Source: Bacillales bacterium UBA6879
GTDB taxonomy: Bacteria; Bacillota_I; Bacilli_A; RFN20; CAG-288
Assembly: GCA_002449135.1 (NCBI GenBank)
Contig: DKCH01000057.1
Span: 13,954-72,828 of the forward strand
DNA: 58,875 nucleotides
Direction of reading: 5' to 3'
Below the pieces are notes generated by a model. The model did not search any database. It was not told where the DNA came from and was given only the letters and a program-made list of their open reading frames with translations. Shown here in pieces: positions 10,229-22,400 of this stretch (within the stretch, counting starts at the first letter, position 1; every line of letters starts with the position of its first letter). The translations under genes were made by a program, and so were the position numbers.

Positions 10229-11297
10229 TTGTTTTACCAGCGTGTAAAATCAAATCCTTTTGATACTCAGTTTGTAAAGCATCTAAAAGATCATCTAAAT
10301 CGCCTTCCATAATACGATCTAAATTATTTACAGAATAACCAATACGATGATCTGTACAACGGTTTTGAGGGTAATTATATGTTCTAATTTTTTCTGATCT
10401 TTCACCAGTTCCAACTTTTAATTTTCTTTCTGAGCCAACTTTTTCATTTTCCTCTTCTTCTTGCTTAGCCTTTAATTTAGCTCTTAACATGTCCATAGCA
10501 ATTTCTCTATTTTGTAATTGACTTCTTTCAATTTGACAAGAAACTACAATACCAGTAGGAATATGAGTAATACGAACAGCAGATTCAGTTTTATTAACGT
10601 TTTGCCCACCTGCACCTTGTGATCTATAAGTATCAATTTGTAAATCATTAGGATTAATAACAACATCTTCTTTCTTAGTTTCTGGCATAACCAAAACAGT
10701 AGCAGTAGAAGTTTGTAATCTTCCTGATTTTTCAGTAACTGGAACTCTTTGAACACGATGAGCCCCTGATTCAAATTTAAGCTTAGAATAAGCACCTTTA
10801 CCTTGAATCATAAAAGAGACAATAGAATAACCACCTAAAGCAGTAGGTGATTCATCAAGAAGCTTTACTTTCCAACCTTTTTTATCGGCATATTTTAAAT
10901 ACATACGGTATAAATCACCAGCAAAAATATTACCTTCATCACCACCAACAGCGCCTCTAATTTCCATAATGACATTTTTATCATCATTAGCATCTTTAGG
11001 AAGTAAAGCAACTTCAATTTTCTTATATAAATCGTCTTTTAAATTATTAAGTCTAGTCACTTCGCTTTTCCCAAGTTCAGCTAATTCAGCATCACTGTCA
11101 TTAGCCATAGTTTCAGCCTCTTTTAATTCAGTATCAGCCTTTTTATATTGACGATAAAGATTTACTGCTTCTTCTAATGTAGCCCTTTCTTGATTTAATT
11201 TTTTAGCTTTAACAAAATCAGAAATATTAGCTAATTGCTCATCAATCTCTGACATTCTTTTATCCATTGTTTCTAATCTATCTATTACGTAGTCCAT
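10221..11297 (-). CDS. prfA: peptide chain release factor 1
   Basis: GGQ motif (SQGAGGQNVNKTESAVRITHIPTG) and an RF1-type PxT tripeptide (RVPVTEKSGRLQTS). Confidence 0.95.
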   Translation of the reverse strand: MDYVIDRLETMDKRMSEIDEQLANISDFVKAKKLNQERATLEEAVNLYRQYKKADTELKEAETMANDSDAELAELGKSEVTRLNNLKDDLYKKIEVALLPKDANDDKNVIMEIRGAVGGDEGNIFAGDLYRMYLKYADKKGWKVKLLDESPTALGGYSIVSFMIQGKGAYSKLKFESGAHRVQRVPVTEKSGRLQTSTATVLVMPETKKEDVVINPNDLQIDTYRSQGAGGQNVNKTESAVRITHIPTGIVVSCQIERSQLQNREIAMDMLRAKLKAKQEEEENEKVGSERKLKVGTGERSEKIRTYNYPQNRCTDHRIGYSVNNLDRIMEGDLDDLLDALQTEYQKDLILHAGKTND

Positions 11298-11357
11298 TTA
11301 AAAAAATTCTCCCTTAATATTTATATTATTTTTAAGTTTATAAAACAAGTAATAACA

Positions 11358-14300
11358 CTATAAGCCATCTTTTAAATAAAGGCTTTTAACAACTTTCTTG
11401 AATTTTTTACTATCAATAGTTAAAGCATAATAAATACCATGAACTAAATATAAACCAGTTAAAGAAATAGAAGTAAGCTTAATACCTGTATCTAATTTTG
11501 GAGTAGAATAAGTTAATTGATAATTAACATTTCCTTTTTCAGCAATAAAAGAAATTAAACCACCTTGACCCTTAAAATATTCTATAGGTACTTCTTTATC
11601 ATTTTCTATTTTACTTAATGACCAACCTTTATCATAAGCAACATTAAGTAAAACAAGTTTCTTTTCATTATAATTGGAACTAAAAGTATACTTATTAACA
11701 TTAACAATATTAACATTTTGTAAGCTATTTTCTTTTAATTTTTCAATATCAGAATTAAAAGCAGATTCAGTTTGATAATCAATAGAATCAACACGTATAG
11801 ATACATTTGTGTTTTGGCTTGAATTATTTTTATTACCTAAAGTTTCTTTTAATGTTCCTACAATTAAATAAACTGGTTCATCAACATAAAAACCACGAGA
11901 ATATTTCCAATCACCAGACTTATCATAATTATTTTGCATATGTTGATCATGAGTAATAAGCTTAAAACCATATGTCGGCCATGGATTAGTTTCTTTATCT
12001 AAATAATTTGGATACTTATCATTTTCACTAGTTAAATAATTAGGATTTCTTCCATAAAAAGCAAAATCAATATTATATCCAAACTTAGATTGTAAAGAGA
12101 CATATAACTTATTATTTTCATCAGCACTATTAGTAAAAGCAAACGGAGTTAAATAATTTTTATCTATAAAAATAACAAATTTAGAATTATAAGAAAGATT
12201 AGTATTGTAATTAGTAGTAGAAGAAGGAGTATAAGTATCAGCTGGATAAGTTCCTATATATGATGTGCGTCCATAAATAGTAGAATCAATTTCACCATCA
12301 TATTCTTCTTTTGAAGCTAGTTCTTCACTTGTAGGTGTTTGATTGTTTTTCTTTTTTAATAAGTAATTAGCATAATCAATAATTTTAGTCTTAGGTAAAA
12401 AACCACCAGAAGTATTTTCCATATCACTAGGGAAATTATTAATACCACCATTAGAATTTACATATTCTTTAATCCAAATATTAACATCATTATCTGAATA
12501 ATTAGGTGATAATGTTCTGATCTTTCCACCTTGACTAGTAGTATCCCAATTAGAATAATAAACAGCAGTTTTATAAGAATATGTTGTAGGCATATTTAAT
12601 TTATTTGCCTTATTAAAATCATTAAATTGATCCTTATTTTCATTATAATAAGTCTCATCAACAATTAAAGATTTTAAATAATTATATTCATTAAAATTAG
12701 AATCAGAAGAATTAGTCATCATATCAGAAGTTAAATAAGAATCATATCCAAACCCTAAGTTGATAAAATTCTTATTTTTATAAAGTTCAAAATTAGAATT
12801 CTTAATAGCTTGTTTTAACTTATCATATTTAGAATCATTAAACTCACTATCTTCACTAACTTTAACATAGTTAAATGGAATATTATTGTCATCTTTTCTA
12901 ACTAAATAATATTTAACACCTAATAAAGTATCTAAATTAGCTCTCTTTTCATGAATACCAAAAGTCCAACCACCAGAATAAGAAATTCTCGACCAATTAA
13001 ATAAATCCGTAGAATCATAATTATAAGTAGACGAAAACAAAGCTAAACCATTATAACCTTCAACCATTGCTAAATTAGGTTGACTACGTCCAGCTTGAGT
13101 ATTAAAAATTCTAAATAAATCAGAATCAACCTTATTTAATTCACTAACAATTTTAGTTTGTTCTTTAGTATTTTGATGCCCTCCATATAAAGAATTACTA
13201 TATGAAATATAAGTTTGTGCTTGCATAGAAATATTACCCATTACAACAGCTTCAAAACAAACAAGATATAAAATTTCCTTCTTAAAAGTCTTTGCATTAT
13301 TTCTAAAACGCAAAAACAAATAAACAAGAAAATACCATATAGATTGAAAAATAATTAATGGCAAAAATAAATTACCAGCCGGCTTCAAATTATAATAACT
13401 AGGATTTATTTTCTTATTCATTCTTAAAGAATAATAAGTAGTACAAATAAATAAAACCGCAATTAAAGCAAAAGAAACATCCAAATACCAACGTGGCATT
13501 TTCTTAATAGAATCGAAATGTAAAGAAACTAATAAAATCATCATTAAAATAGGAAAAAGCTGATAACGAGCATAAGCATTAGCAAACAAACCAGATAAAT
13601 AATAAAAGAATGGGGCTTCAACACTAATAACTCCAATAACAAAAAAGATTACATGACTATATTGTTTCTTCTTTATCGCATCAAATAAAGAAGGAAAAAT
13701 CATTAAAATTAAAGGAGTATAGAAAAAAAGATTAATACCAGCATTATCATAACCACTACCATTAAACAAAGTAGTAGAAAAAGAGCCAGTATTCATGTAT
13801 AAAAGTCCAGCTAATGGATAAAGATGCTTATAACTATCATTATCGCCCCAATAAAAAATTAACCTTAATTTATCCATAAAAGTTTCAGCATCTAACAAAT
13901 TACTTAAATAAGTAGTATTAGATATTCTTGGCATTTGTTGAATAAAAACATAATTAGGTAAAATAATAAACGAAACTAAGCCGATACCTAATACAAAAGC
14001 AACAAAGCCTAAAGAAATAACTAATAAATTATTTTTCCAGCCTCTTTTAAAGAATTCTTTTATATATTTACAAATCGCATAAACAAAGCTACAAATTAAA
14101 AAAATAGCAAAAAATTGATAATTCGTACATCCCATTAAAAAGCAAGAAACAATAAATAAACGAGCATCTTTCTTACTAAAAATTTTTTCAATTCCCCAAA
14201 GCATCAAAGGCAAAAAAGTAATAACTTCTTGAAAATGAAAAAACCATAAATAAAACCAACCCCAGCCACAAAAAGCATAAGCTAAAGAACAAAATTTTCT

Positions 14301-14843
14301 TGTAGTTTTACTCATTTTAAAGCTCGTTAAATATCCATAACAAAAAACAGCAGCTAAAACTAACTTTAAAATCATTATTAAAGCTTGAGCTTGTAATAAA
14401 AAAGAACGTGGAAAAATCAATAATAATAAAAAGAAAGGATCAAACAAATAATAAAAAGAATAAGCATCAATATTAGAAACACCAATTAACCCAGAAGTAT
14501 CCCATTCAGGAAAAATTCCAGTTCTAAAAAAATAATGCCAATCATCATACCCATTATAAATAAAAGTCATTCCCTGCAAATTAAAATCGCCAGAAATAGG
14601 CAAAGTAAAAGACTCAGTAAATAGGACGTAAGCATAAGACAAAAAAGCAATTATAAAAGACCAAAAAGCAACTTGCCAATAATTGTTCTTTTTCATCTTA
14701 TTAAATATTTTTAAAACATTATTTTTAAAATCAGAAAAAAAATCATTAACAGAATCAAAAACATCATAATAAAAATCAATAAAAGAACATTTAATTTCTT
14801 TTAAAAAAGAATGGGATGGATTTTTACTATAATTATTTAACAT
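11358..14843 (-). CDS. YfhO-like polytopic membrane glycosyltransferase (GT-C type) with a large C-terminal extracytoplasmic region
   Basis: 1161 aa. The N-terminal ~560 aa are polytopic with a YfhO-like start (PISGDFNLQGMTFIYNGYDDW...AYSFYYLFDPFFLLLLIFP). The C-terminal ~550 aa are hydrophilic and end in one more TM segment. Confidence 0.65.
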   Translation of the reverse strand: MLNNYSKNPSHSFLKEIKCSFIDFYYDVFDSVNDFFSDFKNNVLKIFNKMKKNNYWQVAFWSFIIAFLSYAYVLFTESFTLPISGDFNLQGMTFIYNGYDDWHYFFRTGIFPEWDTSGLIGVSNIDAYSFYYLFDPFFLLLLIFPRSFLLQAQALIMILKLVLAAVFCYGYLTSFKMSKTTRKFCSLAYAFCGWGWFYLWFFHFQEVITFLPLMLWGIEKIFSKKDARLFIVSCFLMGCTNYQFFAIFLICSFVYAICKYIKEFFKRGWKNNLLVISLGFVAFVLGIGLVSFIILPNYVFIQQMPRISNTTYLSNLLDAETFMDKLRLIFYWGDNDSYKHLYPLAGLLYMNTGSFSTTLFNGSGYDNAGINLFFYTPLILMIFPSLFDAIKKKQYSHVIFFVIGVISVEAPFFYYLSGLFANAYARYQLFPILMMILLVSLHFDSIKKMPRWYLDVSFALIAVLFICTTYYSLRMNKKINPSYYNLKPAGNLFLPLIIFQSIWYFLVYLFLRFRNNAKTFKKEILYLVCFEAVVMGNISMQAQTYISYSNSLYGGHQNTKEQTKIVSELNKVDSDLFRIFNTQAGRSQPNLAMVEGYNGLALFSSTYNYDSTDLFNWSRISYSGGWTFGIHEKRANLDTLLGVKYYLVRKDDNNIPFNYVKVSEDSEFNDSKYDKLKQAIKNSNFELYKNKNFINLGFGYDSYLTSDMMTNSSDSNFNEYNYLKSLIVDETYYNENKDQFNDFNKANKLNMPTTYSYKTAVYYSNWDTTSQGGKIRTLSPNYSDNDVNIWIKEYVNSNGGINNFPSDMENTSGGFLPKTKIIDYANYLLKKKNNQTPTSEELASKEEYDGEIDSTIYGRTSYIGTYPADTYTPSSTTNYNTNLSYNSKFVIFIDKNYLTPFAFTNSADENNKLYVSLQSKFGYNIDFAFYGRNPNYLTSENDKYPNYLDKETNPWPTYGFKLITHDQHMQNNYDKSGDWKYSRGFYVDEPVYLIVGTLKETLGNKNNSSQNTNVSIRVDSIDYQTESAFNSDIEKLKENSLQNVNIVNVNKYTFSSNYNEKKLVLLNVAYDKGWSLSKIENDKEVPIEYFKGQGGLISFIAEKGNVNYQLTYSTPKLDTGIKLTSISLTGLYLVHGIYYALTIDSKKFKKVVKSLYLKDGL

Positions 14844-14883
14844 AATGCCCTATATATAATCTTTATTAGTATATCATATATAT

Positions 14884-15828
14884 TTAAGCTTTAGAAAACC
14901 CAATTAAAATAGCACCACACAAAATAACAACTACACCAGTAATCATTAAAACATTTTCTCTTTTAGTATGTAATTTATATTCTTTTAAAACAAATAAAGA
15001 AAGAATAGTAGAAATAACAACCGCCATTTGCGATAAAGTATATCCTACTGCTGAACCAATAATAGGGTTAGCAAGCAATAAAAAGAAATTAGCACCACTA
15101 GATAAAAAACCTGGGAAAATTGAATAAAATAATTTCTTATCAAAAAGTGGTGTTAGATGAAAATCAGGATGTTGATGATGCTTTAATTCTTGACCAAAAT
15201 AAATAATTAAAACAACTATTATAGAACCAATAAAAGTTCCAATAGCATGAGGAAAAATAGTAGAAAAACTAGAAATATTAGTATTATAAGTAGCAAAACG
15301 CGGTAAATTAGAATAAAGCATAAAGAACAAAGCAGCTAGAATTGACATAATAAAACCAACAATTAGATCTTTTTTATTTTCTTCTTTTCTATTTTGACGA
15401 TAAGAAACTAAAAAAGTTCCAATAACAATAACAAAAATACCAGAAAAACCCATGCTTAATTGATATGAAGTTTGCCAATCATGAAAAACAATAACTGAAA
15501 ATAAAGCATTAAAAACTAAAGTAAAAGCTGTTCCAACTCCAAAAGCTAAGGAAGTAGAAAGTAAAAAATATGATATGTACTGAAAATATTGACCAATAGC
15601 CCAAACCATACCACTTAAGGCAGAAAAAATAATAATTTTCCAACCATTAGGGCCACTTAAATCATTTAAAGAAGTTTGTAATGTAGCTAAAAATACAATT
15701 GTTCCGACAATTAAGACACCTAACGACATTCCTAATTGTGTATGAATAGTTTTAGCTTTGATTTTAGTAACTAAACTTGGTTTAATTCCCCAAAAGATAG
15801 CAGAAATTATAGCATAAATAAATCCCAT
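14884..15828 (-). CDS. GRP-family sugar uptake protein (GlcU/RbsU-like)
   Basis: 314 aa with about 10 TM segments in two halves. Motifs AIFWGIKP, WAIGQYFQY and VFHDW resemble Bacillus GlcU (FWGS, WSLGQ, FREW). Confidence 0.6.
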   Translation of the reverse strand: MGFIYAIISAIFWGIKPSLVTKIKAKTIHTQLGMSLGVLIVGTIVFLATLQTSLNDLSGPNGWKIIIFSALSGMVWAIGQYFQYISYFLLSTSLAFGVGTAFTLVFNALFSVIVFHDWQTSYQLSMGFSGIFVIVIGTFLVSYRQNRKEENKKDLIVGFIMSILAALFFMLYSNLPRFATYNTNISSFSTIFPHAIGTFIGSIIVVLIIYFGQELKHHQHPDFHLTPLFDKKLFYSIFPGFLSSGANFFLLLANPIIGSAVGYTLSQMAVVISTILSLFVLKEYKLHTKRENVLMITGVVVILCGAILIGFSKA

Positions 15829-15865
15829 AATGGATATTCTATTACAAAAGCGTTCTTATTTCCAC

Positions 15866-15903
15866 AAAAAAGCGGATAGAAATTAATTAATATTTCTACC
15901 CGC
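15866..15903 (-). terminator. Rho-independent terminator after the lipoprotein pair
   Basis: Minus-strand hairpin GCGGGTAGAAAT-(8 nt)-ATTTCTATCCGC (12 bp, one mismatch) followed by TTTTTT. It lies 9 nt after the stop of the 1186-aa ORF. Confidence 0.65.
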
Positions 15904-15911
15904 AAAATTCA

Positions 15912-18900
15912 TTAAAGATCAATGTAACTAATTTCTAGCTTAGTTGAAGCATAACTATCACTATTAGAATAAGTTACTTTTAAGTTATAAACTCTATTAT
16001 CAATTTTGATATTGGCTAATAAGACTTTTTCACCATCATCGTCAATAGTTTCGAAAGTATCCCATCCATTAGTTTTATAAATAGAAGATATATCACTAAA
16101 AATATCTTTCTTATAATTATCAGCAGTAATAGTTATATCATCATTACTAGAAGAAACACTAATATCTAAATTATCATCACCGAGATTTACAAATGGAATA
16201 GTAACTTTATCTCCTAAAACTTGTTTAAATAAACCTTGTTCACTAGTACTCCAACTATTCTTAGTAAAGTATGTGTAAGATGGCATATCAAAGATTTCAG
16301 CTTCAAAACCTAAATTCTCATTTGTTCCATAAGTATTTGCAGAAATTGTAAACTTGAATGTTGAATTAGTATCCATAGCTTTAGTAGCAAACACTTCTGG
16401 TAGATAATCATATCCGTAATAATTTTTATATCCAAATGGTCTATAAGTTACATCATAACCTTGTTGTTTTAAAGAATTATAAACTAAATTCATTTGATAA
16501 TTAGAATAATAAGCATCAGAATTAGTTAAATAGGCTCTAATAGTATCAGAATAAGATTGATTCTTTTTAATTTCAAATTTACTTTTATTTGTTCTTGAAT
16601 CCAAGAAAAGAAGTGGAGTAATTGTTTCATTAAAGAAATTAGATTTCATATATTCCAATGTCTTTTTTCCTTCAGGTAAGAATTTATCAAGTTCAGACCA
16701 AGAAGTAGCAGTTGAAGAAACAGTGCTAACAATAGGATCATAATAAATATCTAATTGAATCTTGTCATCTTCAGTTTGATAAATTCTAAATCTAATTGAA
16801 GTGGAGTCAGCAAAAATTTTATATGCTTGAATTTCATATTCCTTAGTATAACTTCCAGAAACAATATAATTTACATTCCATTCATTATTATTAATAGCTT
16901 TAAGTTCATTAGCTAAATAATCCATTACATCACTTCTAAAATTTCCACCAAGTAAAGAAATCTTTCTAGAGTTAACTATTGATTTACTAACAGTCATACT
17001 AGGATTATCACTATTAAGATAAATTAATGGGAAATCATCAATTTTTAATGTTTCTTTTAATTCTTTATCAATATCAGCAGGATAACTAGTAAAAGTATCT
17101 GGTTTAAATCCTTCTGTAAACTTAATAGTAAGTTCAGGTTTAGAAGAATTGCTATAATTGATAGTTGAAAACTCTAACTCTACTACATCTTTATTAGGCA
17201 TAGTTTTAGTTGCTTCAACAGACCAACTATTTGAACTAGTAATAGTAAATCCATTATCTTCTGCTTGTTTTTTAACATCAGTAAAATATGTTTCACCAAC
17301 TATACCACCTATAATATTTAATTCATCAGTCTTTGAACTATCTTCAGTAACAACAGGATAAGCAGTTCCTAAATAGAAATAAGGAAGCTCCAAACCATTA
17401 AATTTAGATTTAATTTTTTCACTTACACTCTTTGGCCAAGCTTTAGGTGCATTAGCTAAATCATATGTTTCATCAATTTTAATAGTACCATACATATAAT
17501 AACGCTCTCTACCATATGGCATATTAGTAATAGAAACTACAACTGTTCTTCCATCACTTAATTTTTTAGAAGCATTAATATTTTTAATATATACTTCATT
17601 ATAGTAATAAGAATCGCCAGCTAACATTTCAACTTTAAAGTCAGGATCACTAGCTAAAGCAGTATAAGCATTAATAATACGATAGTTAACAGAATTAGTA
17701 GCAACAAAATTCAAAGAAAGATTACCTCTACTAGTTAAAGTAATTTGATCACCATCTGAATAAGTATCAAAGAATGGAATTTCATTTAAATCCAAATCAA
17801 GTGTATCTTTCACTAAAGTTTTACTAGATTCTGACCAAGAAGTATTTTTAGATAAATTATCTGTCTTAGTAATATCTAAATATAATGTTTCATCTGCACC
17901 AGTACCTTTAGTAAATAACCCAACTTTATAAGTAGCATTTTCAAATTTCTTAATTGCTGCGGCATAGACCTTTCCATCTTTTTCACTAGAAGAAGAATAC
18001 ATCTTAGTTGTTTTATCAGTTACTACCCAATTTGCTTGACTATATTTAGTCTTAAAATTTTCAACAACTTTCTGATTAAATAAACCACCAGTAACAACCA
18101 TTTGATTATTGTAATTCTTACTAACTTCACCAGTAGGATTTTTAGTAGCTAAATAAACAAATGGTAAAACCGCCTCTAAATCATCAGTATAAGTATCTTT
18201 AAAAAGTGTTTTTAATTCTTCAGGATAAGTACTAGTAATAGTTTCATTATAAGCCTCTTCACTAGAAACAGTTAATAAAGGATAAAAAGAATCATCCTTA
18301 GCTACTCTTTCTAATTTAACACTTAAATTACCAAAAGATGTTACTTTAGTTAAAGTAAAATCAGTAGCTGAAGAACTCACTTCTTGCCACTTATCTGCAA
18401 GCAATTTTGCTTTAGCATCACTAACTATACTATCATTCCAAATCTTCCCTTTTAAAACCAATTTATGGGCACCAGAAGCAGTAGTATCAATATTAGGATA
18501 AACAGTACCTAAATAGAAATAAGGTAAAACCTCATTAAAGGCTAAACTCATTTTATTAGAAACTGTTGTAGACCAACTATCTTGAATAGTAGTATCAAAA
18601 ACTTCTTCTAAATGAACTCTTAATCTAGCCTTATTTTCATATTTATCAAGTTTAACAACCATCTTGTTACCTTTAGCATCAGTTTTACTAGCTACTACAC
18701 CATTAGTTGTGGTTTCATCAGTACCAACTTCCCAACCATCTTTAAATGCCTTAGTAAATTCTTCATTAACTGAGTCATTATAAATACCACCTGTAATAGT
18801 TAAAACATTACTAGTTTCATCATAATTAGTCTCATAATTCTCAGTTCCTAAGTATATAAAAGGTAGATTAAAAGTACCAAAATATTCTTTTAATTGAGCT

Positions 18901-19472
18901 TTAGTAACAGTAGTCCAATCAGTTAAAGTAGTATCATCAAAATCAGGTGAATAGAAAATCTTAGCTACCATAATATTAGAGCTATTAATAGAAACTTCTA
19001 CTTTAATGTGTTTATCATCATTAGAAGCAATTATTTCATTGTTCAATCTAACAACTTCCCACTTATATTTTTGATAATTTTCAACTGATTTAGCAAAACT
19101 GCTTTCCTTAAATTTTTCACCTGTTAATTTAATATAAGGTAGATAATTTTCGTTTGAATCATTTGAATCATAAACAGCATCAATTTTTTCGCCTAATTCA
19201 ATATAAGGTACAATAGTTCCACCAAGATATTTAACCATCATTTGAGTAATAGTTTCATTCCATGGACTATTTTCTTGTGTAATTTCTTGTTCAGTACTAT
19301 CAGATGAAGAAGTTACTTCACTAGTAGAACTAGAAACAGTAGAAGGTTCGCTAGAAGAAACAGCACCAGTAGAATCTGAAGAACTATTTTCATTACTAGT
19401 ATTTTGATTACAGGCTGTTAATAAAGTTGGTATTAATAAAAGTAATGTAAATAATTTTGTCTTTTTTGCCAT
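15912..19472 (-). CDS. giant surface lipoprotein, paralog B (repeated-module family, function unknown)
   Basis: Signal peptide plus lipobox (LLLLIPTLLTA-C), Ser/Thr-rich linker, then repeated modules carrying the W...[LIV]P[YF][FIV]YLG motif. RBS GAGAGG. 18-nt gap to paralog A. Confidence 0.85.
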   Translation of the reverse strand: MAKKTKLFTLLLLIPTLLTACNQNTSNENSSSDSTGAVSSSEPSTVSSSTSEVTSSSDSTEQEITQENSPWNETITQMMVKYLGGTIVPYIELGEKIDAVYDSNDSNENYLPYIKLTGEKFKESSFAKSVENYQKYKWEVVRLNNEIIASNDDKHIKVEVSINSSNIMVAKIFYSPDFDDTTLTDWTTVTKAQLKEYFGTFNLPFIYLGTENYETNYDETSNVLTITGGIYNDSVNEEFTKAFKDGWEVGTDETTTNGVVASKTDAKGNKMVVKLDKYENKARLRVHLEEVFDTTIQDSWSTTVSNKMSLAFNEVLPYFYLGTVYPNIDTTASGAHKLVLKGKIWNDSIVSDAKAKLLADKWQEVSSSATDFTLTKVTSFGNLSVKLERVAKDDSFYPLLTVSSEEAYNETITSTYPEELKTLFKDTYTDDLEAVLPFVYLATKNPTGEVSKNYNNQMVVTGGLFNQKVVENFKTKYSQANWVVTDKTTKMYSSSSEKDGKVYAAAIKKFENATYKVGLFTKGTGADETLYLDITKTDNLSKNTSWSESSKTLVKDTLDLDLNEIPFFDTYSDGDQITLTSRGNLSLNFVATNSVNYRIINAYTALASDPDFKVEMLAGDSYYYNEVYIKNINASKKLSDGRTVVVSITNMPYGRERYYMYGTIKIDETYDLANAPKAWPKSVSEKIKSKFNGLELPYFYLGTAYPVVTEDSSKTDELNIIGGIVGETYFTDVKKQAEDNGFTITSSNSWSVEATKTMPNKDVVELEFSTINYSNSSKPELTIKFTEGFKPDTFTSYPADIDKELKETLKIDDFPLIYLNSDNPSMTVSKSIVNSRKISLLGGNFRSDVMDYLANELKAINNNEWNVNYIVSGSYTKEYEIQAYKIFADSTSIRFRIYQTEDDKIQLDIYYDPIVSTVSSTATSWSELDKFLPEGKKTLEYMKSNFFNETITPLLFLDSRTNKSKFEIKKNQSYSDTIRAYLTNSDAYYSNYQMNLVYNSLKQQGYDVTYRPFGYKNYYGYDYLPEVFATKAMDTNSTFKFTISANTYGTNENLGFEAEIFDMPSYTYFTKNSWSTSEQGLFKQVLGDKVTIPFVNLGDDNLDISVSSSNDDITITADNYKKDIFSDISSIYKTNGWDTFETIDDDGEKVLLANIKIDNRVYNLKVTYSNSDSYASTKLEISYIDL

Positions 19473-19490
19473 AATATATAACCTCTCTTA

Positions 19491-22400
19491 CTATAAATTA
19501 ACTAAAGAAATCTTCACTGTAGTTTTCATACTAGTAGCAGTGTTCTCATAAGTAATAGTAACTAAATAAGTTTTTCCATTAACTGTCTTACTTATTAATA
19601 AAGAATGAATAAGATTACCATTTCTATCTTTTTCATAATTTTCAAAAGTATCCCAGGAATCAGCTTCAAAAGCTTTTGAAGTATCAGCAAAAATACTTTC
19701 TTTATAATTATAGAAAACTAAAGAAACATTTTTATCTGCAACATCAACTTTAGGATTAGCATCACCAAAATTAACATAAGGAAGTTTAAAGTCACTACCA
19801 AAAGCCTTAGTTAAAGCATCTAAAGTAGCTTGGTTATAATTAGTTAAAGTATTAGAATCATAACTTAATGTACGCATAATAGAAACGCTAAAACCATTTT
19901 TGTTATCTTCGCTATTTGCTAAAGCATTAACACTGATTTTTGTAGTACCTTTGCTATCGGTTTTACTAGCTAATAAACTTGAAATAGGCTCACAACTACT
20001 ATCAAATGCAGAATAAGAAACTTCATATCCTTGTTTTTCAAGAAGTTCTCTAGTTTTTAAAACATCAGCATTAGTAAAGTAAGCAGTACTATCTTTAATA
20101 GTAAATACTTTATTTCCACTACTAGAAGAAGAAGTTTCAATATTAAATTTAGTATTAGTCTTATCAGTAGCAAGGAATGAATCTATACTAAAATTATTGC
20201 CAAAATATTGTGAAATTTTACTAGATAAATCACTTTCTAAAGTATCCCAATTTGTTGCACTACTTTGAGTAGTTTGAAGATATTTATCATGAATAATATC
20301 TAATTGCATTTTTGAATCATCATTTTCATAGATTTTAAATTTAATAGATGAATTATCATCTAAAACTTTAGATCCAACTAAATAATAAGCTTTATACCAA
20401 TAACCAACTCCAACTACTTTAGCATTATAAGAATTACCATTTTCCTTAAAAACACTTAAAGCATAATTAAGTAAATCATCAGAATAACTATCACCAACTA
20501 TACTTAAAGAATCATCAGTAGTAGTAAATGTTGGAGTTTGAGTACCTAAATAAACATTTGGGAAACTGCTATCACCAACCTTAGTAAGTGCAGTTTTTAA
20601 ATCCGCACTATAAGAATAATCTTTTGGAGCCAAAGCCTTTTGATAAGAAATTTCAACATATGGCTTATCATTTTCAGTACTAAAGCTAAGATAAATAGTA
20701 TCCCCACTTTCTAAAACAGTATAGCCTACTAAGCCATAATATGAACTATTTACTTCATCAATAGTAAAACCATTTTTATTCAATTGTTCCCTAATATCAG
20801 TATAAAAGCTATCAGAATATGCATTACCAATAATTTTGAACTCATCATCATCAATAACAACAGGATTAGAAGTACCTAAATAGAAATAAGGTAATTCATA
20901 ATTATTAAATTTTTTCTTAACAGCATCACTAACTTCTTTAGGCCAAGCACTAGGAGCAGTAGCTAAATTATAATCTTCAAGTACGTTTATAACACCTGAC
21001 ATAGTATAACGATAATAAGAACTGCTACTTACGCTTACATTAATTTGTAAAGTACGGCCATCATCAAGCTTTTTATTACCAACTATGCTATTAATAAATA
21101 CTTCTTCATAATAATAGCTTCCACTAAAGCCTAAACTAACATCAAAACCATTAGTTTTCAAAACATTATATAAGTTAATAATTAAATAATTAAGATAATT
21201 AGTAGATACAAAAGAAATATCTACTTGTCCATCTTCAAAAGTTATAGGCTCACCAGAGCTCATAGTCTCAATAACAGGAATCTCAGAAGAATCAACCTTT
21301 AAATATTCTTTAAAAATACTTTTAGCAGAATCTGACCATGGAGTGTTTTTATCAACATTATCAGTTCTAGTAATATCTAAATAAGTTATTTTAGAGCTTT
21401 CATCGCCTTTAACAAATAAGCCAACTTTATAAGTGCCTTTATCAAATTTCTTAATAGCGGCACAAAGTACTACACCTGTTTCATAATCCAGGTCATCATC
21501 ACCATAACGAGAACTTACTTGCTTATCAACTATTACCCAGTCTTTAAATTTTTCTTTAAAGTTAGTTAAAATTCTAGCATCATAAAGACCACCAGTCAAA
21601 GTAATATGGTTAGAATATTTACTATCCTTTTCAACCATAGGTGATTTAGCTCCCAAATATAAATAAGGAATAAATTGATTCATTTCTTCTTTAAAAGTAG
21701 ATTTGAATGTATTAAGTACCTCACTAGGGTAACTAGTAGAAACAACATCATTATAAGCTTCATTTCTACTAATAGTTAAAACAGGATGATACAAATCATC
21801 ATCGGTATTTTCAACTCTTTCAATAGTTAAAATAAAAACATCACCATCTTTAGAATAGTTAAAAACTACTTTAGTATCAGTTTGACTTACTATACTCCAG
21901 CCAGTTAATTTAGCTTTAGCATCACTTATAATGCTGTCATCCCAATATTTTCCATTTAAAGTAATAGTTTTAGGATCAGTTTTACTAGTATCAATTAAAG
22001 GATAAGTAGTTCCTATATAAAAATAAGGAATTTTAATACTGCCTAAAGAAATACTCATTTGGTTAACAACTGCTGTTGACCAACTATCTTGTAAAGAAGA
22101 ATCAAAAACTTCATCAAATTTAGCAGTTAATCTAGCTCTATTATTATATTTATCTAAAGTAACAGTCATCTTATTACCTTTACTATCAACTTTAGTAGAT
22201 ACAATCGAATTATCTTCCTCACCTAATTTAGTTTCCCATCCAGCAGTTGAACTATAAACTTTACTGAACTCTTCATTAACTAAATCATTATAAATACCAC
22301 CAATTACAGTAAAAGTATCATCTTGGTAGCTTGTTTTATAAGTGTCATTACCTAAATAAACAAAAGGTAAACCAAAATTTCCAAAATATTCTTTTAATTG

